Part shown: in pieces, positions 1 to 11,147 of the stretch
Numbering within the stretch: position 1 is the first letter of the stretch
How the letters are laid out: each line of letters starts with the position of its first letter
Assembly: GCA_020184695.1 (NCBI GenBank)
Contig: JAANOX010000085.1
Coordinates: 124,001-188,000 of the forward strand
Direction of reading: 5' to 3'
Length of the DNA stretch: 64,000 nucleotides
From: Histomonas meleagridis 2922-C6/04-290x
Lineage: Eukaryota > Protista > Parabasalia
Position numbers and translations under genes: made by a program
The notes under the pieces: generated by a model
Seen by the model: only the letters and a program-made list of their open reading frames with translations
Databases searched by the model: none
What the model was told of the DNA's origin: nothing

Positions 1-757
1 AGATATTTAAAAAAAATATTCGAAAATGTGTAATATTTGTTCTTTTTGTTTTATATCTAATTTCCGAAGTTGTGACCAATATTAGAATTTGATATTCTAA
101 CATTTTATTTGAACGATCTTATATATCAAGATATTTATCTATTAAAACAATATTTTTCATGAAGTTTTTCTAATTTTTAAAATAGCTTACAGTACTTTTC
201 TTTAGTTCATTAGCTTTTGGTTTATATATTTCAATTTGATTTTTAAGATTAAATATAATTTTACGTCATACTCAATTTTAAAAATCATCATTCAATCTAA
301 TTCCATAATTCATCGATTTTCTCAAACCAGAAAATCAATTCTCATAATAATCTTTATATATACACAAATATTTTTTGTAAGTTGAAATGATTTTATTCAC
401 TTGGAAGAAAAAGTGGAATCGATTTCGTTCTTTGATACAAAATCAACTTTTTGTGTCAGAAAGCGTGAAAATGGTCACTTTTCGATGGACGGCATCGGAA
501 TTTTTTGCTTTATCTTTGTATATTTATATGATTTTCAGTATGCAATGAAAGTACTTGATAAATTCAGTACAGATATCAATGTGTAAATAAAATCATTTAA
601 TAAATTCATAGTTCTGGATTGGGTATAACAATAAAAAACCGTTATATTCGAACTCCGATAAATTTTGATAATATGTTATTAAAAATTTTGCGACGATAAA
701 ATATTTTGTATAGTACGATAGTCCACAATTTTTAAGAAATTTTTTTTCTTGTTTATT

Positions 758-762
758 TCACT
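758..762 (+). promoter_or_regulatory. Trichomonad initiator (Inr)-like TCACT
   Basis: TCACT 9 nt upstream of the AKR ATG; matches the parabasalid Inr consensus TCA(+1)Y(T/A). Similar motifs precede VPS35 (38560, 38567). Confidence 0.55.
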
Positions 763-770
763 TTAATAAA

Positions 771-1622
771 ATGATGAAGACAAAGCTGAACAATGGCGTT
801 GAAATACCATTACTTGGTTTTGGCGTTTTCCAAGTTACGGATTCCAAACAATGCAAGGAGGTAGTTCTTGAAGCAATCAAAGCAGGCTATCGCTTAATCG
901 ATACAGCTGCAGTTTACGAAAATGAAGAAGCTGTTGGCGAAGCTATCAGAGAATCAGGTGTTCCACGTGAAGAACTCTTCATTACATCAAAATTATGGGT
1001 TCAAGATTATGGATATGAAAAGACAAAGAAAGCATTCGAAACATCATTGAAGAAACTCGGTCTTGAATACATTGATATGTATCTTCTTCACCAAGCATAC
1101 AGTGATTATTATGGTGCTTGGAGAGCATTAACCGAATTATATGAAGCAGGTAAGATTCGTGCAATTGGTGTTTCAAACTTTTATCCAGACCGCCTTCAAG
1201 ATCTGGTAATGAACAACAAAGTTGTGCCAGCTGTAAATCAAGTTGAATGTCATCCATTTTACCAAAAGACACCAGCTATTAAGCACATGGAAGAATTAGG
1301 AGTTAAATGTGAGGCATGGGGACCATTTGCTGAGGCAGGAAGAGGAATCTTCACCAATCCTGTTTTAGTTGGAATCGCTAAAAAGCATAACAAATCAGTT
1401 GCCCAAGTCATCCTTCGTTGGAACGTTCAAAGAGGTGTAATTGTTATTCCCAAATCTGTTCATAAGGAACGTATTATTGAAAACTTCAACATTTGGGACT
1501 TTCAATTGGATAAAGATGACATGGATGCCATTGCTGCCCTTGATACAGGAGAGAGCACAATCATTGACCATTACAATTATGGTATAATCAGATATTGCAA
1601 TACACACAAGATTCATGACTAA
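771..1622 (+). CDS. Aldo-keto reductase, AKR5/2,5-diketo-D-gluconate reductase-like (bacterial type)
   Basis: Motifs LGFGVFQV, GYRLIDTAAVYENE, REELFITSKLW, LLHQ, IGVSNF, NQVECHP, IPKSVHKERIIEN. Confidence 0.93.
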   Translation: MMKTKLNNGVEIPLLGFGVFQVTDSKQCKEVVLEAIKAGYRLIDTAAVYENEEAVGEAIRESGVPREELFITSKLWVQDYGYEKTKKAFETSLKKLGLEYIDMYLLHQAYSDYYGAWRALTELYEAGKIRAIGVSNFYPDRLQDLVMNNKVVPAVNQVECHPFYQKTPAIKHMEELGVKCEAWGPFAEAGRGIFTNPVLVGIAKKHNKSVAQVILRWNVQRGVIVIPKSVHKERIIENFNIWDFQLDKDDMDAIAALDTGESTIIDHYNYGIIRYCNTHKIHD

Positions 1623-2255
1623 AAATGAACTTACAACATTTTTTGAACGTTAATTTTGAATGCTTTCTCAACGATAAATTTTAATGAATGAAAAATAATC
1701 GTATTTATATTTAAAAATAATTGGAAATTCACCAAATTTCACAGGTGTAAATAAAGCATTCAAAAAAAGCAAACAGTCAGCGGTTCGATTCACTGCATAT
1801 ACGATCGTATAATATTTTTTTAATTTTTTGCGAGAGAAAAAAATTGTAATATAACAAATATTATATATGATCTCACATTGATCATATATAAAAATGTTCA
1901 TTAAGTTTTCGAATAATTCATATGAAAAATTCAAATTTCCATATATAATCAATCTAAATTATTATGAAAGAACATGTAGTAACTCCCAATGATATAAATA
2001 ATTAATTTTTTTGAGATATAATCATATTATTATAAACCTTTAACAGGATCATATTTTAATATTATCAAATGTATGTATAATATTTGATGATTGTCTTATA
2101 TATTTTTTCCACTTATATATGGAATCATTATGCTATATGCAAAAGTGAAAAAGATCGAAATCTTGTTGATTCTGTATAATCACACAGATAAACTTTCTTA
2201 TGAAAATTTAATCATTTTTATTCTAAAATTTCGAATGAAATTAATGTTTATGAAT

Positions 2256-3560
2256 TTATAACGTAATGTAAATGTCTTTTTCTTCAACATAATTTCCTTC
2301 ACTGCTTTGCTTATTATTTCTTTTTCGATTTATTAGAAATACTATTAAAATGACAATTAATATAATAGCGACAGGAACACATACTCCAACAGCTATTGCA
2401 ACAGTATTATTTTTATTTTCTTCGATTTTGCTTATTTCAAAGTTATAATAAGATAACGTAAAATTAGAATAATTGCCAATTATATTCACGCTATTCCCAA
2501 TTTCAACATATAATAAATTCCATTGAGCAAAAGCATCTGATGGAATTTCACTAGCATTTCAACTGATGATAATGCGTGATAAATTATTTTTGTTTGTTTG
2601 CTTTTTCAAAACCACTTGAATTATAAATAACAAATGTATCATTCTCGATACTTAGTGCGTGGAATATTTATGATAAAAATATCAAGCAGCCTAAAAAAAA
2701 TTTAAAATTACTTTTTGCTTTTAAATTGTATTTGGATACAGGATAAATAATTTTGTTAAATAGAAGAATTAATGAAAAAATAACATTAATTTCAAAAATA
2801 ATATAGTTGTCGTTTTGTGATAATGCAAATGCAGTGGATTTTATTTTATTGCATTGACAATACGAAAAATGTTGACATGAAAGCGATATATTAATACCTA
2901 TCAACATTTGGGACAACATCAAAAATAATAGATATTTGAGAAGAGCTCTTCTTTCAATTTACGTTTCAGATTGTGAGGCTAGCTTTTTATTAACTTTTTG
3001 ATGAGCCAGAGCGAATGGCGAAATTTCACAACAAATTGATCAACAATCCTTCTTATAAATTTAATTTAAAAATAAAAATTTCACATTTATCAGAAATAAT
3101 ATTGATCATAACATATATGAAATACTTAATATTCTAATTCTACATCAAAAGCACCCATCCGATAATAAAATAAACAGTCAAGTGTTTTGAGACTAACGTA
3201 CTATCTCTATTTGCAATATCAAAATTAAACAAAAATATCTTCATTAATATACAAATTTCCTCAAATTTTTCAAATACATTTGATATTCGAATACCTATTT
3301 CATATTATGTTAAAATATTATGCTTAGAATTTAAAGAATGAAGTACAAATTTCACCATAATAGAAAAATTGATTACCCACAAATTCAAAACTTTTTCCTT
3401 CTTGCTTCAGGGTATTTATCTAATATTTTTTTCAGATACTTCAATCATTTCATTATTTGGTTACATCAATTTTGATTTTGTACGGAAATATTTTAGTTTC
3501 ATACTTACATTAGATCTGCATATTTAGATAAAGCAAGCAATTTCAAGAATTTAATTGAAA
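2256..3560 (-). pseudogene. Decayed BspA-like surface protein gene remnant
   Basis: Reading frame upstream of ORF 2256-2489 gives NASEIPSDAFAQWNLLYVEIGNSVNIIG (TpLRR-like), followed by a TM helix (VAIAVGVCVPVAIILIVILIVFLI) and a basic tail. Further stop-interrupted LRR-like fragments (KIKSTAF, IEVSEKN) lie upstream. The upstream limit is approximate. Confidence 0.55.
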
Positions 3561-3853
3561 TTCCAAATGAACCACTCACATATATGGAACATATTTAAGG
3601 ATGCAGTCCAGTAAATTGCATGAAAACGATTATTTCCATAATTTGTGAACAATATTTTAATGTTAATTATTTCATTTTATCACTTATATTATCCGTCTCT
3701 AATCATTTTAAGTTTCACATAAATGATTTCATCAAATATTTTCTCTACATAAAACAGTAATTTATTACATTTACATAAAGAGCAAATGCAATCTCATAAA
3801 ACCATAAAACAAAATTTCATTAGTTGCGTCTGAGTTTTACCCAACGTTAGTGT

Positions 3854-6337
3854 TTAAATGAGGTTGGCAACATTGTCATCAACCTCCTTGAAGCCGTCGG
3901 ACTTCCTCTTCTTACGTATTATCATGATAACGATGAAGATGATTGCAGCCACAATGACCACAATGACGACACTGATGATAGCGATTTCAGCTTTTGTAAG
4001 TCCTGTGCGCTGTGCCTCGCTTGTGCTTTCGGATGTATGTTCAGTTTCAGTTTCTTCGGTGACATCAGTTGACGCTTCTGTTGCTGTTCCTGTAGTTACT
4101 TCAGATGTAGCTTCTGATGTTGTTGGCACTTCTGTTGTTGTTACTTCTGTAGTTACTTCTGATGTAGCTTCTGTTGTTGTTTCGGTTGTGACTTCTGATG
4201 TTGTTGGCACTTCTGTTGTTGTTTCATTAGTTACTTCAGTTGTGATTTCGGTTGTAAATTCTGTTGTTGTTTCGTTTGTTGTTTCAGTTGTTGGCACTTC
4301 TGTTGTTGTTTCATTAGTTACTTCAGTTGTGATTTCGGTTGTAAATTCTGTTGTTGTTTCGTTTGTTGTTTCAGTTGTTGGCACTTCTGTTGTTGTTTCA
4401 TTAGTTACTTCAGTTGTGACTTCGGTTGTAAATTCAGTTGTTGGTTCTTCTGTTGTTGTTTCGTTTGTTGTTTCAGTTGTGACTTCAGTTGTGACTTCGG
4501 ATGTAATTGGTGGAAGTTCTGTTGTTGTTTCGTTTGTTGGCTCTAATCCACAAATTGCTTCGATTTCGGAGAACTCACTGCTGATGTTATATCCTGCAAA
4601 TGTTTCATTCACATAACCATCTGGAACATATACAACTGAAACATTTGTGTTCTCAAAGATCATTTCTTCAGTTTCTGGCTCAACAGTTCCGCAATAAACA
4701 ACTTGTTCAAGTGATGCACAGCCAGAGAATGCCGACTCTTTAATTGAACATTTTGCTTTAATTGCTATTGATGTAAGTGCTGTGTTTGAAAATGCAGCCT
4801 TTCCAATTGATGTAACTGCATCGATATCAATTTTCTCAAGTGATTTCAAGTCGCAGAATGTATATGCTTCGATTGTTGATATTGACTTAGATAATTGAAC
4901 ATTTGTGACAGCAGTGCATCCATAAAATGAATATGTTCCAAGCGAATAAACGGAATCTGGAATTATAACTTCAGTTAATGAGGTACAAAATGCAAATGCA
5001 TATGTTGATATGGTATTAACATTTTCGGGAATTTCAATTGTAGGTAATAAACTGCAGTTATAAAATGTATTGGGTTCAATGGTTTGAAGACCTGTTGGAA
5101 GTTGAACTTTTGTAAGTGAAATACAGTTATAAAATGCATCAGAGCCAATGGTTGCTGATGGATTAACGATAGAAACTTCGCTAAGTGAGGTGCACGTGTG
5201 AAATGCGCCTTGGCAAATTTTTACGACGGCTTGGCCGATAGTAACGGTCGCCATTGACGTGCACTTTTCAAATGCAAATGAACCAATGATTGTAACAGAG
5301 TCAGGAATTACAACTTGGGTAAGACCAATACAACCAGAAAATGCATATGATCCGATTTTTTCAACACCATTTTCAATTATGACATTTAATAATCCAGTGC
5401 ATGAAATAAATGCATTGGATCCAATCTCTTTAACATTACCAGGAATTGTGATTGAGGTAAGTTTGTTGCAATGACGGAATGCATTATCAGAAATTATTTG
5501 AACAGTTTCTGGAATAGTGATATTTCCTTCTTTAGCCATGGGGCACAGGATGACTTCATCGCCTGACTTAGAATAAAGAATTCCATCAATGGATGAATAA
5601 TGTGTATTATTTTCAGAAACTTCAATTGAAGCAAGACTTGTACACTGATCGAATGCATATGAACCAATAGAATTAACTCCTTTTCCAATTTGAACTTGTG
5701 TAAGTTTACCACAATTTTGGAATGCATTTGAACCAATTAATGTTGTTATATCTGGAATAACAATTGCAGTGAGTTCACCACAGTCAGCAAGAGCGTATTC
5801 TCCAATAGTAACAACTGTAGATGGAATTTGAATTTCTGTCATTTTTTGGCATGATCTAAAAGCGTTAGAACCAATAAAGGTAACACCTTCTGGGATTTCA
5901 ACTTTTCCTTCTTTACCTTCTGGGCAGAGAATTAACTTTGTCTTATCTTTGGAATAAATGATTCCTTCAACTGAAACAAAATGTGTGTTATTCTCATCAA
6001 CATCAATTGCAGTCAATCCAGTGCATCCTTTGAATGCATAAGAAGCTATTGTTTCAACACTTGCACCAATTTTAACAGATGCCAAATTCAAACAATTTTT
6101 GAAAGCCTCAAAACCAATTGTTTTTAATGAATCTCCTGTTTCAACGGATGTTAAGTTTTCGAATCCTTCGAAAGCAGCTTGACCAATTGCGGTAACGTTT
6201 GATTCAATTTTGATAGCAATTGCACCAATGTATTCTTGAACTAAATCTTTTTTAATTACATCTTCATCAGAAATTGTTAATGTATTATTTTCGAATATGT
6301 ATGTGGACAATCCTAAGACTGTAAACAGCGCAAACAT
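3854..6337 (-). CDS. BspA-like leucine-rich-repeat (LRR_5) type I membrane protein with Thr/Glu-rich stalk
   Basis: About 20 TpLRR units (IPxSVxxIGxxAFxxCxxL), TTE stalk, TM helix AIISVVIVVIVAAIIFIVIMII, KKRK stop-transfer. First ATG at 6337 follows TCACA (the ORF track starts at a TTG). Confidence 0.92.
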   Translation of the reverse strand: MFALFTVLGLSTYIFENNTLTISDEDVIKKDLVQEYIGAIAIKIESNVTAIGQAAFEGFENLTSVETGDSLKTIGFEAFKNCLNLASVKIGASVETIASYAFKGCTGLTAIDVDENNTHFVSVEGIIYSKDKTKLILCPEGKEGKVEIPEGVTFIGSNAFRSCQKMTEIQIPSTVVTIGEYALADCGELTAIVIPDITTLIGSNAFQNCGKLTQVQIGKGVNSIGSYAFDQCTSLASIEVSENNTHYSSIDGILYSKSGDEVILCPMAKEGNITIPETVQIISDNAFRHCNKLTSITIPGNVKEIGSNAFISCTGLLNVIIENGVEKIGSYAFSGCIGLTQVVIPDSVTIIGSFAFEKCTSMATVTIGQAVVKICQGAFHTCTSLSEVSIVNPSATIGSDAFYNCISLTKVQLPTGLQTIEPNTFYNCSLLPTIEIPENVNTISTYAFAFCTSLTEVIIPDSVYSLGTYSFYGCTAVTNVQLSKSISTIEAYTFCDLKSLEKIDIDAVTSIGKAAFSNTALTSIAIKAKCSIKESAFSGCASLEQVVYCGTVEPETEEMIFENTNVSVVYVPDGYVNETFAGYNISSEFSEIEAICGLEPTNETTTELPPITSEVTTEVTTETTNETTTEEPTTEFTTEVTTEVTNETTTEVPTTETTNETTTEFTTEITTEVTNETTTEVPTTETTNETTTEFTTEITTEVTNETTTEVPTTSEVTTETTTEATSEVTTEVTTTEVPTTSEATSEVTTGTATEASTDVTEETETEHTSESTSEAQRTGLTKAEIAIISVVIVVIVAAIIFIVIMIIRKKRKSDGFKEVDDNVANLI
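4200..4470 (-). repeat. 87-bp (29-aa) tandem repeat, about 3 copies, in the BspA stalk
   Basis: ttgttggcacttctgttgttgtttcattag recurs at 4201, 4288 and about 4375; peptide unit TTTEVPTTETTNETTTEFTTEITTEVTNE. Confidence 0.85.
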
Positions 6338-6790
6338 GTTCAATGTGAATTTTCTGAGCCGATCAGTTCATTTTGCAAAAAGAAGGTTAACTCAAATTTG
6401 AACGGACGATCGGAACTGACAAATAAAAATGGATTTTTATTCATGTTTTAAATATAAAACTGATATGATAAGTTTTCGTTGTTGTTGGCAAAGAGGAACC
6501 TGATACGTAGTTTCTGAGTTTTTCATATAAATTTTATTTTGAATTTGCAATGTGATCTTTAATTAATTTTTCTGATCTCAACTAAGCATCAAAAAGACTT
6601 AAAATAAATAGAAATTGATCTAGTGCTAGTTAGTAACAGACTTGTTAACAATGAAGTAGTTAAATATGATAATTTCAATTATAATTTAATTAAACTTTTT
6701 AATGATACAAAAAAAATTAGGATATGTGAACTTACTCAATTACTGAAAATGAATAGAAAATTGTTTATATAGAAAGATAAATCAAAAAAA

Positions 6791-6864
6791 CGCGACTGCC
6801 AGGACTCGAACCCAGAATCTTACCCTCCGGAGGGGCACGCCCTATCCAATTAGGCCACAATCGC
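6791..6864 (-). tRNA. tRNA-Arg(CCG)
   Basis: Reverse complement folds as a cloverleaf: acceptor GCGATTG/CAGTCGC, anticodon loop CT-CCG-GA, T-loop GTTCGAGT, followed by a T7 Pol III terminator. Confidence 0.93.
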
Positions 6865-6955
6865 CTACAAAGTATTTAATTTTTTAGATTTTATGATGTT
6901 ATTTTTAGCATACAGTCGGAGCATTTTTGTCACTTTTAATTCAATTATTATTTGA

Positions 6956-9900
6956 ATGACGATTTGCATCGCCAAGCCAGATAAACCAAACCAACTTATA
7001 AAAATCAAAGAAGTTGATCCTTCATCATCCAACACTGTACGGCCATCTGACATTCTTACTTATCTTAAAAGTAAAGATGAAATTATGGCTATACATACAC
7101 CTTATTTTCGAGAACCAATCAGCGCTGGTGATATGAAATCCAATTTAATTATCACGTATCCAGTACTTATTTGTGCCCAAAAAGTTGATAAATATCCACC
7201 TCCTCCATACCATATTTGTCTTTTTCCAAAGACCAAAACGGACACATATGCCATATTTATTCCCATCAAAACTCAATTAAAGGAGACTTTTCCTGATATG
7301 GAGATTTCATTTTCAAGTTCAGAACTTGAATCATGGAAAGCATCAGATCTTTTACAACATTGTATTCAACAGTTTTTCCCAAATTCTGTTGACAGCAAGC
7401 TTCTTATAGATGACAAAGAATTAACTGGGGATCCATCCTTCAAAGAAATATATCAAAATAATTTCAAAGATCGTCTCATGCATTCATCTCAAAATGTTCT
7501 ATCATTTTATTCCGAAGTTCCTGATGAAATGGTCAAGAAAGTCAAAACACGGTGTCATTTAGCGGCCGAAATAATCAGCAGTGAAAATTCATTTGTTCAT
7601 GACATCCAACAAATTCAAGACTATTGGTATCCTGAGATCAAGAAATCGGAGATGTTTGACAACATTCAACTTCGATTAATTTTCCGAGATATTCAACCAC
7701 TTTTGACACTTCACTCAGAACTTTTATCAGAGCTTAAGAGTGTCAAAGTTGATTATGACTCACAATTTGGTGCAATATTTTTAAATTATGTTCAACGATT
7801 TAAGATCTCAGCGCCGTTTATTTCAAATTATAAAACAATTGATGAATTAATCAAACGCAAAATCTCAAACTCAATGTTTGTCGAACGAAAGTTTGCCGAA
7901 ATCGAATCGAATAATCCTGAAGAAAATGGCAGAGATTTCTTATCATATTATATTACGCCAGTTCAACGATATCCACGTTATCCATTATTAATTCGTGACT
8001 TAGATAAAAATACACCCAATTTTCATCCCGATAAAAAGTTCTTATCAATGGCATTACAAGACATAGATAATGCTAATAAAGACATTGATCATACATCACA
8101 TCGAGTTAAACAATTAATATTATTAGAAGCTATTCAAAAAGAACTTCCCGATTCCTTTTTCTTAATGGAAGAAGGGCGTGAAATTATTACACAACAACAA
8201 GTCCGAGTTATTAAACCTAAGTTAGGTAATGCAGTATTATATTTATTTTCGGATATTATATTATTAGTAGGGAAAGGAAAACGTATAATAATCGATGTAC
8301 ATGCAAGTGAATTCCGATTTATGAATTTACAAAATAATGAATCATTAAGTATAATATATGAAAATACTAATTCATGTTATAAGATAATGTTCAATAATTT
8401 AGAAGATAAGAAACTTTGGTTTGATTCATTTTATGAAATTCGGACAAAATTATTATCCAATATAATGTGTCCAAATAAATTTGTTAAATGGACTGAAGTT
8501 GATGAATCATATTATCCAGTGTTTAATCATGATGGATGTCTTATTAAAGATACAATACAATTCTTTGGTGGTAAGAATGAAAATACTCCATATTCTCAAA
8601 CATTAATTAAATATGATCAAAATAATAATAATTGGTCAACACAATCATTAAATATTACACCAAGACAATATCATACATTTTGTTCGAATGATGAAAATGC
8701 TTATATAGTATTTGGTGAAGGTAAAAATGGAGTATTAAGTGATATTTGGCATTATAATATTAAGACGAATGAATGGGATCAAGAAGTCCTTGATATAAAC
8801 TTAGCAAGATATGGACATTCTTGTATAATATATAATAATTTATTATATATTTTCGGTGGGAAAGATAAGAAAAATCGTTTAAATAATGATATCTTAATAT
8901 ATGATCCTAAAACAAAATATATACAAATATCACCAAAAAGTAATAATTGTCCTCCACCAATATGTTTTCATTCAGTTATATTAAATAATGATAAAATGAT
9001 AGTAATAGGTGGTCAAGGTGAGAAATCAGTATATTATGGGACTATTTATATATATTCAATTGATAATAATTCATGGGAAAAAATTAATTTGGATATTCCT
9101 GAAAGAGCTTTTCATAGATCAGTAATTTTAGGTGAAGCTTTGTTTATAATTGGTGGCGAAAATAAACAAGGACCTCAACAATCATTAGCAATTAATATTA
9201 AAGATTGGTCTAAAATTGATTTCCAAACATTCGGTAATGCTCCACCTATAAATTCACATTTCGCTTTGGTTAAAACTGGTAATAATTGCGCAATAATGTA
9301 CGGTGGAATTGATCCTTTTGGGAAATCATCTTTATGTTGTAGTTGGAATATTGATAATGAAGAAGGATTTTCTGCTTCAAGAAAATATGTAGAACCAGTA
9401 GATAAAGAAAAACGAATTTGCGTTTCATTACAACTTGATGAAAATAGTTCTTCATCAAATGCTCCTCCACCTCCACCACCTCCTCCGCCTCCGCCACCAC
9501 CTCCTCCACCTCCACCGCCACCAAAAGAAATTCCTAAACTTAATACTGTGTTACAAAGTTCACCAGAACAACAACAACAACAACAGCAGCCTAAGTTCCA
9601 ACCAGCAATGAATACAATGATATCTGCTGATGAAATTGCAAATATGAAACTTCGCTTACGTAAGAAAAATGCTGCGACAACATTACCAAGTACGAACACA
9701 CCAAATAATAATAATAATAATAATACAGCACAAGCAGAACCTGCACCAGTTAAACAAGTATGGAATCTTAAAATACGTAAAAGTTCTACAACTACTAATA
9801 ACAGTGAAAACAATAATAATAATAATACAAATGATCAAGCAAATATTAAACAACAAATGAGAAGACCTACACAAGTACCAATGGCAAGAAATTCACTGAA

Positions 9901-10624
9901 TGTTATAACAGAAACTAATCCCAATAATTCGCCAATAGCTGCACGCCATTCACATAATGCATCAATGATATCGCAAATTTCGCCTCACATAATGCAACAA
10001 CAACAACAATCGCCTTTAGCATCACAACAACAATCACCTTTAGTTTCTTCTGCTTCAAATAATGACATTTGTAATACCACACAACAATTGCAAGCACCAC
10101 ATCGCAGAGATGTACATCCATTACGTAGAACTGACGCGTTTTCTCAAATTATCAAACAGCCATTGAATATTAATGAAGATATTAAAGATGATAAATCTAC
10201 AATAAGTATAGGCCAAAGATTTAAACCTGGTGAAATTTATAAATTGGCAAATGTTGACGTATCTTCATTAACTGCAATCGAAGAATCATCAGTGAGATTT
10301 AAAGCAAAGAAATTATATGAAGTAATGCATCAAAATCAGGAAATGAAAAGTGAAATAGACCGTTTATCAAACGATAGAATAAACATCAAAGTGGTTAACG
10401 GTCGCTCAAATGAAATTAAAATTATTAGAGCAAATGTTACTTCAGAAAGTTTGGATGAAACAATCCAAAAAATTTGCGAATTGTTTAGCGCAAAAGCAGA
10501 AAATCTTCAGGTGGTTTTAAATAACAATAATAAAACGAATCTATGCCAAAAAACATACAACGATGCAATAGAAGAGGTTAAAAAGGGATTGGCATCATCA
10601 ATAAGAATTATTTCGGATATATGA
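6956..10624 (+). CDS. RhoGEF (DH-PH) + Kelch-repeat protein with poly-Pro and Q/N-rich C-terminus
   Basis: DH motifs EIISSENSFV and YYITPVQRYPRYPLLIRDL; PH-like YLFSDIILL; Kelch units RYGHSC..LYIFGG, FHS..MIVIGG, FHRS..LFIIGG; P20 tract. Confidence 0.85.
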   Translation: MTICIAKPDKPNQLIKIKEVDPSSSNTVRPSDILTYLKSKDEIMAIHTPYFREPISAGDMKSNLIITYPVLICAQKVDKYPPPPYHICLFPKTKTDTYAIFIPIKTQLKETFPDMEISFSSSELESWKASDLLQHCIQQFFPNSVDSKLLIDDKELTGDPSFKEIYQNNFKDRLMHSSQNVLSFYSEVPDEMVKKVKTRCHLAAEIISSENSFVHDIQQIQDYWYPEIKKSEMFDNIQLRLIFRDIQPLLTLHSELLSELKSVKVDYDSQFGAIFLNYVQRFKISAPFISNYKTIDELIKRKISNSMFVERKFAEIESNNPEENGRDFLSYYITPVQRYPRYPLLIRDLDKNTPNFHPDKKFLSMALQDIDNANKDIDHTSHRVKQLILLEAIQKELPDSFFLMEEGREIITQQQVRVIKPKLGNAVLYLFSDIILLVGKGKRIIIDVHASEFRFMNLQNNESLSIIYENTNSCYKIMFNNLEDKKLWFDSFYEIRTKLLSNIMCPNKFVKWTEVDESYYPVFNHDGCLIKDTIQFFGGKNENTPYSQTLIKYDQNNNNWSTQSLNITPRQYHTFCSNDENAYIVFGEGKNGVLSDIWHYNIKTNEWDQEVLDINLARYGHSCIIYNNLLYIFGGKDKKNRLNNDILIYDPKTKYIQISPKSNNCPPPICFHSVILNNDKMIVIGGQGEKSVYYGTIYIYSIDNNSWEKINLDIPERAFHRSVILGEALFIIGGENKQGPQQSLAINIKDWSKIDFQTFGNAPPINSHFALVKTGNNCAIMYGGIDPFGKSSLCCSWNIDNEEGFSASRKYVEPVDKEKRICVSLQLDENSSSSNAPPPPPPPPPPPPPPPPPPPPKEIPKLNTVLQSSPEQQQQQQQPKFQPAMNTMISADEIANMKLRLRKKNAATTLPSTNTPNNNNNNNTAQAEPAPVKQVWNLKIRKSSTTTNNSENNNNNNTNDQANIKQQMRRPTQVPMARNSLNVITETNPNNSPIAARHSHNASMISQISPHIMQQQQQSPLASQQQSPLVSSASNNDICNTTQQLQAPHRRDVHPLRRTDAFSQIIKQPLNINEDIKDDKSTISIGQRFKPGEIYKLANVDVSSLTAIEESSVRFKAKKLYEVMHQNQEMKSEIDRLSNDRINIKVVNGRSNEIKIIRANVTSESLDETIQKICELFSAKAENLQVVLNNNNKTNLCQKTYNDAIEEVKKGLASSIRIISDI
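9464..9523 (+). repeat. Poly-proline (CCN)20 tract
   Basis: 20 consecutive Pro codons, followed shortly by a poly-Gln CAA run. Confidence 0.9.
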
Positions 10625-10684
10625 ATTTGTTTACTTAATTATCAGTAAAATTGGATTTTGCAAAATTGTTCTTTTGTTTTGGTT

Positions 10685-11011
10685 TTATGGGTGTGTAAAT
10701 GCTTTTGCGGGAATTTTTATGGTTTGGATTACCTTTTTAGTTCTTGGCGGCTCTACTTTTCTTTCTACTTTATCATTATATAAAATATTGATGGTGGGAT
10801 TATCACCAAGATCGGTCAGTTTAGTTTCATCTGATAGAGGGTTCTGTTTTTGAACCCATTTATATTTGTCTATTGAATCATCTGGAAAACGTTTGATAAA
10901 AGCATCTTTTAGATCTTTTATGGTTTCTCCTTTGTACATTTCAAAATAAGCATTAAATCCAGAAAGGATTTTCTTGACGTGCACCACCATGATTTGGCTT
11001 TGTTTATCCAT
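10685..11011 (-). CDS. Small ubiquitin-like domain protein
   Basis: ETIKDLKDAF..KWVQKQNPLSDETKLTDL resembles a Ubl fold. Likely start MDKQSQ at 11011 (alternative ATG at 11047). Confidence 0.55.
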   Translation of the reverse strand: MDKQSQIMVVHVKKILSGFNAYFEMYKGETIKDLKDAFIKRFPDDSIDKYKWVQKQNPLSDETKLTDLGDNPTINILYNDKVERKVEPPRTKKVIQTIKIPAKAFTHP

Positions 11012-11147
11012 TTGAAGAACGTTAAAAATAAAAGTGTTAAAAAACATTTTGGACTTAGTATTTAAATTTCAGATTTCGAAAATAAAATCATTCCTAAATC
11101 AAAAAATTAAAGTTGAAATTTATATGCTTTAAAATACAATACGATAA

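Noticed and set aside
401-586. Short AT-rich ORFs (401-586, 1668-1952, 2668-2922, 17089-17564, 52546-53112, 53816-54064)
   Set aside because: F/I/K/N-biased translations typical of non-coding AT-rich DNA, often with non-ATG starts. The 2668-2922 ORF overlaps the BspA pseudogene.
3858-4616. Val/Ser-rich plus-strand ORF and other antisense ORFs (e.g. 9175-9813, 12776-13108, 21220-21672, 51062-51289, 56589-57044)
   Set aside because: Shadows of low-complexity or well-supported genes on the opposite strand.
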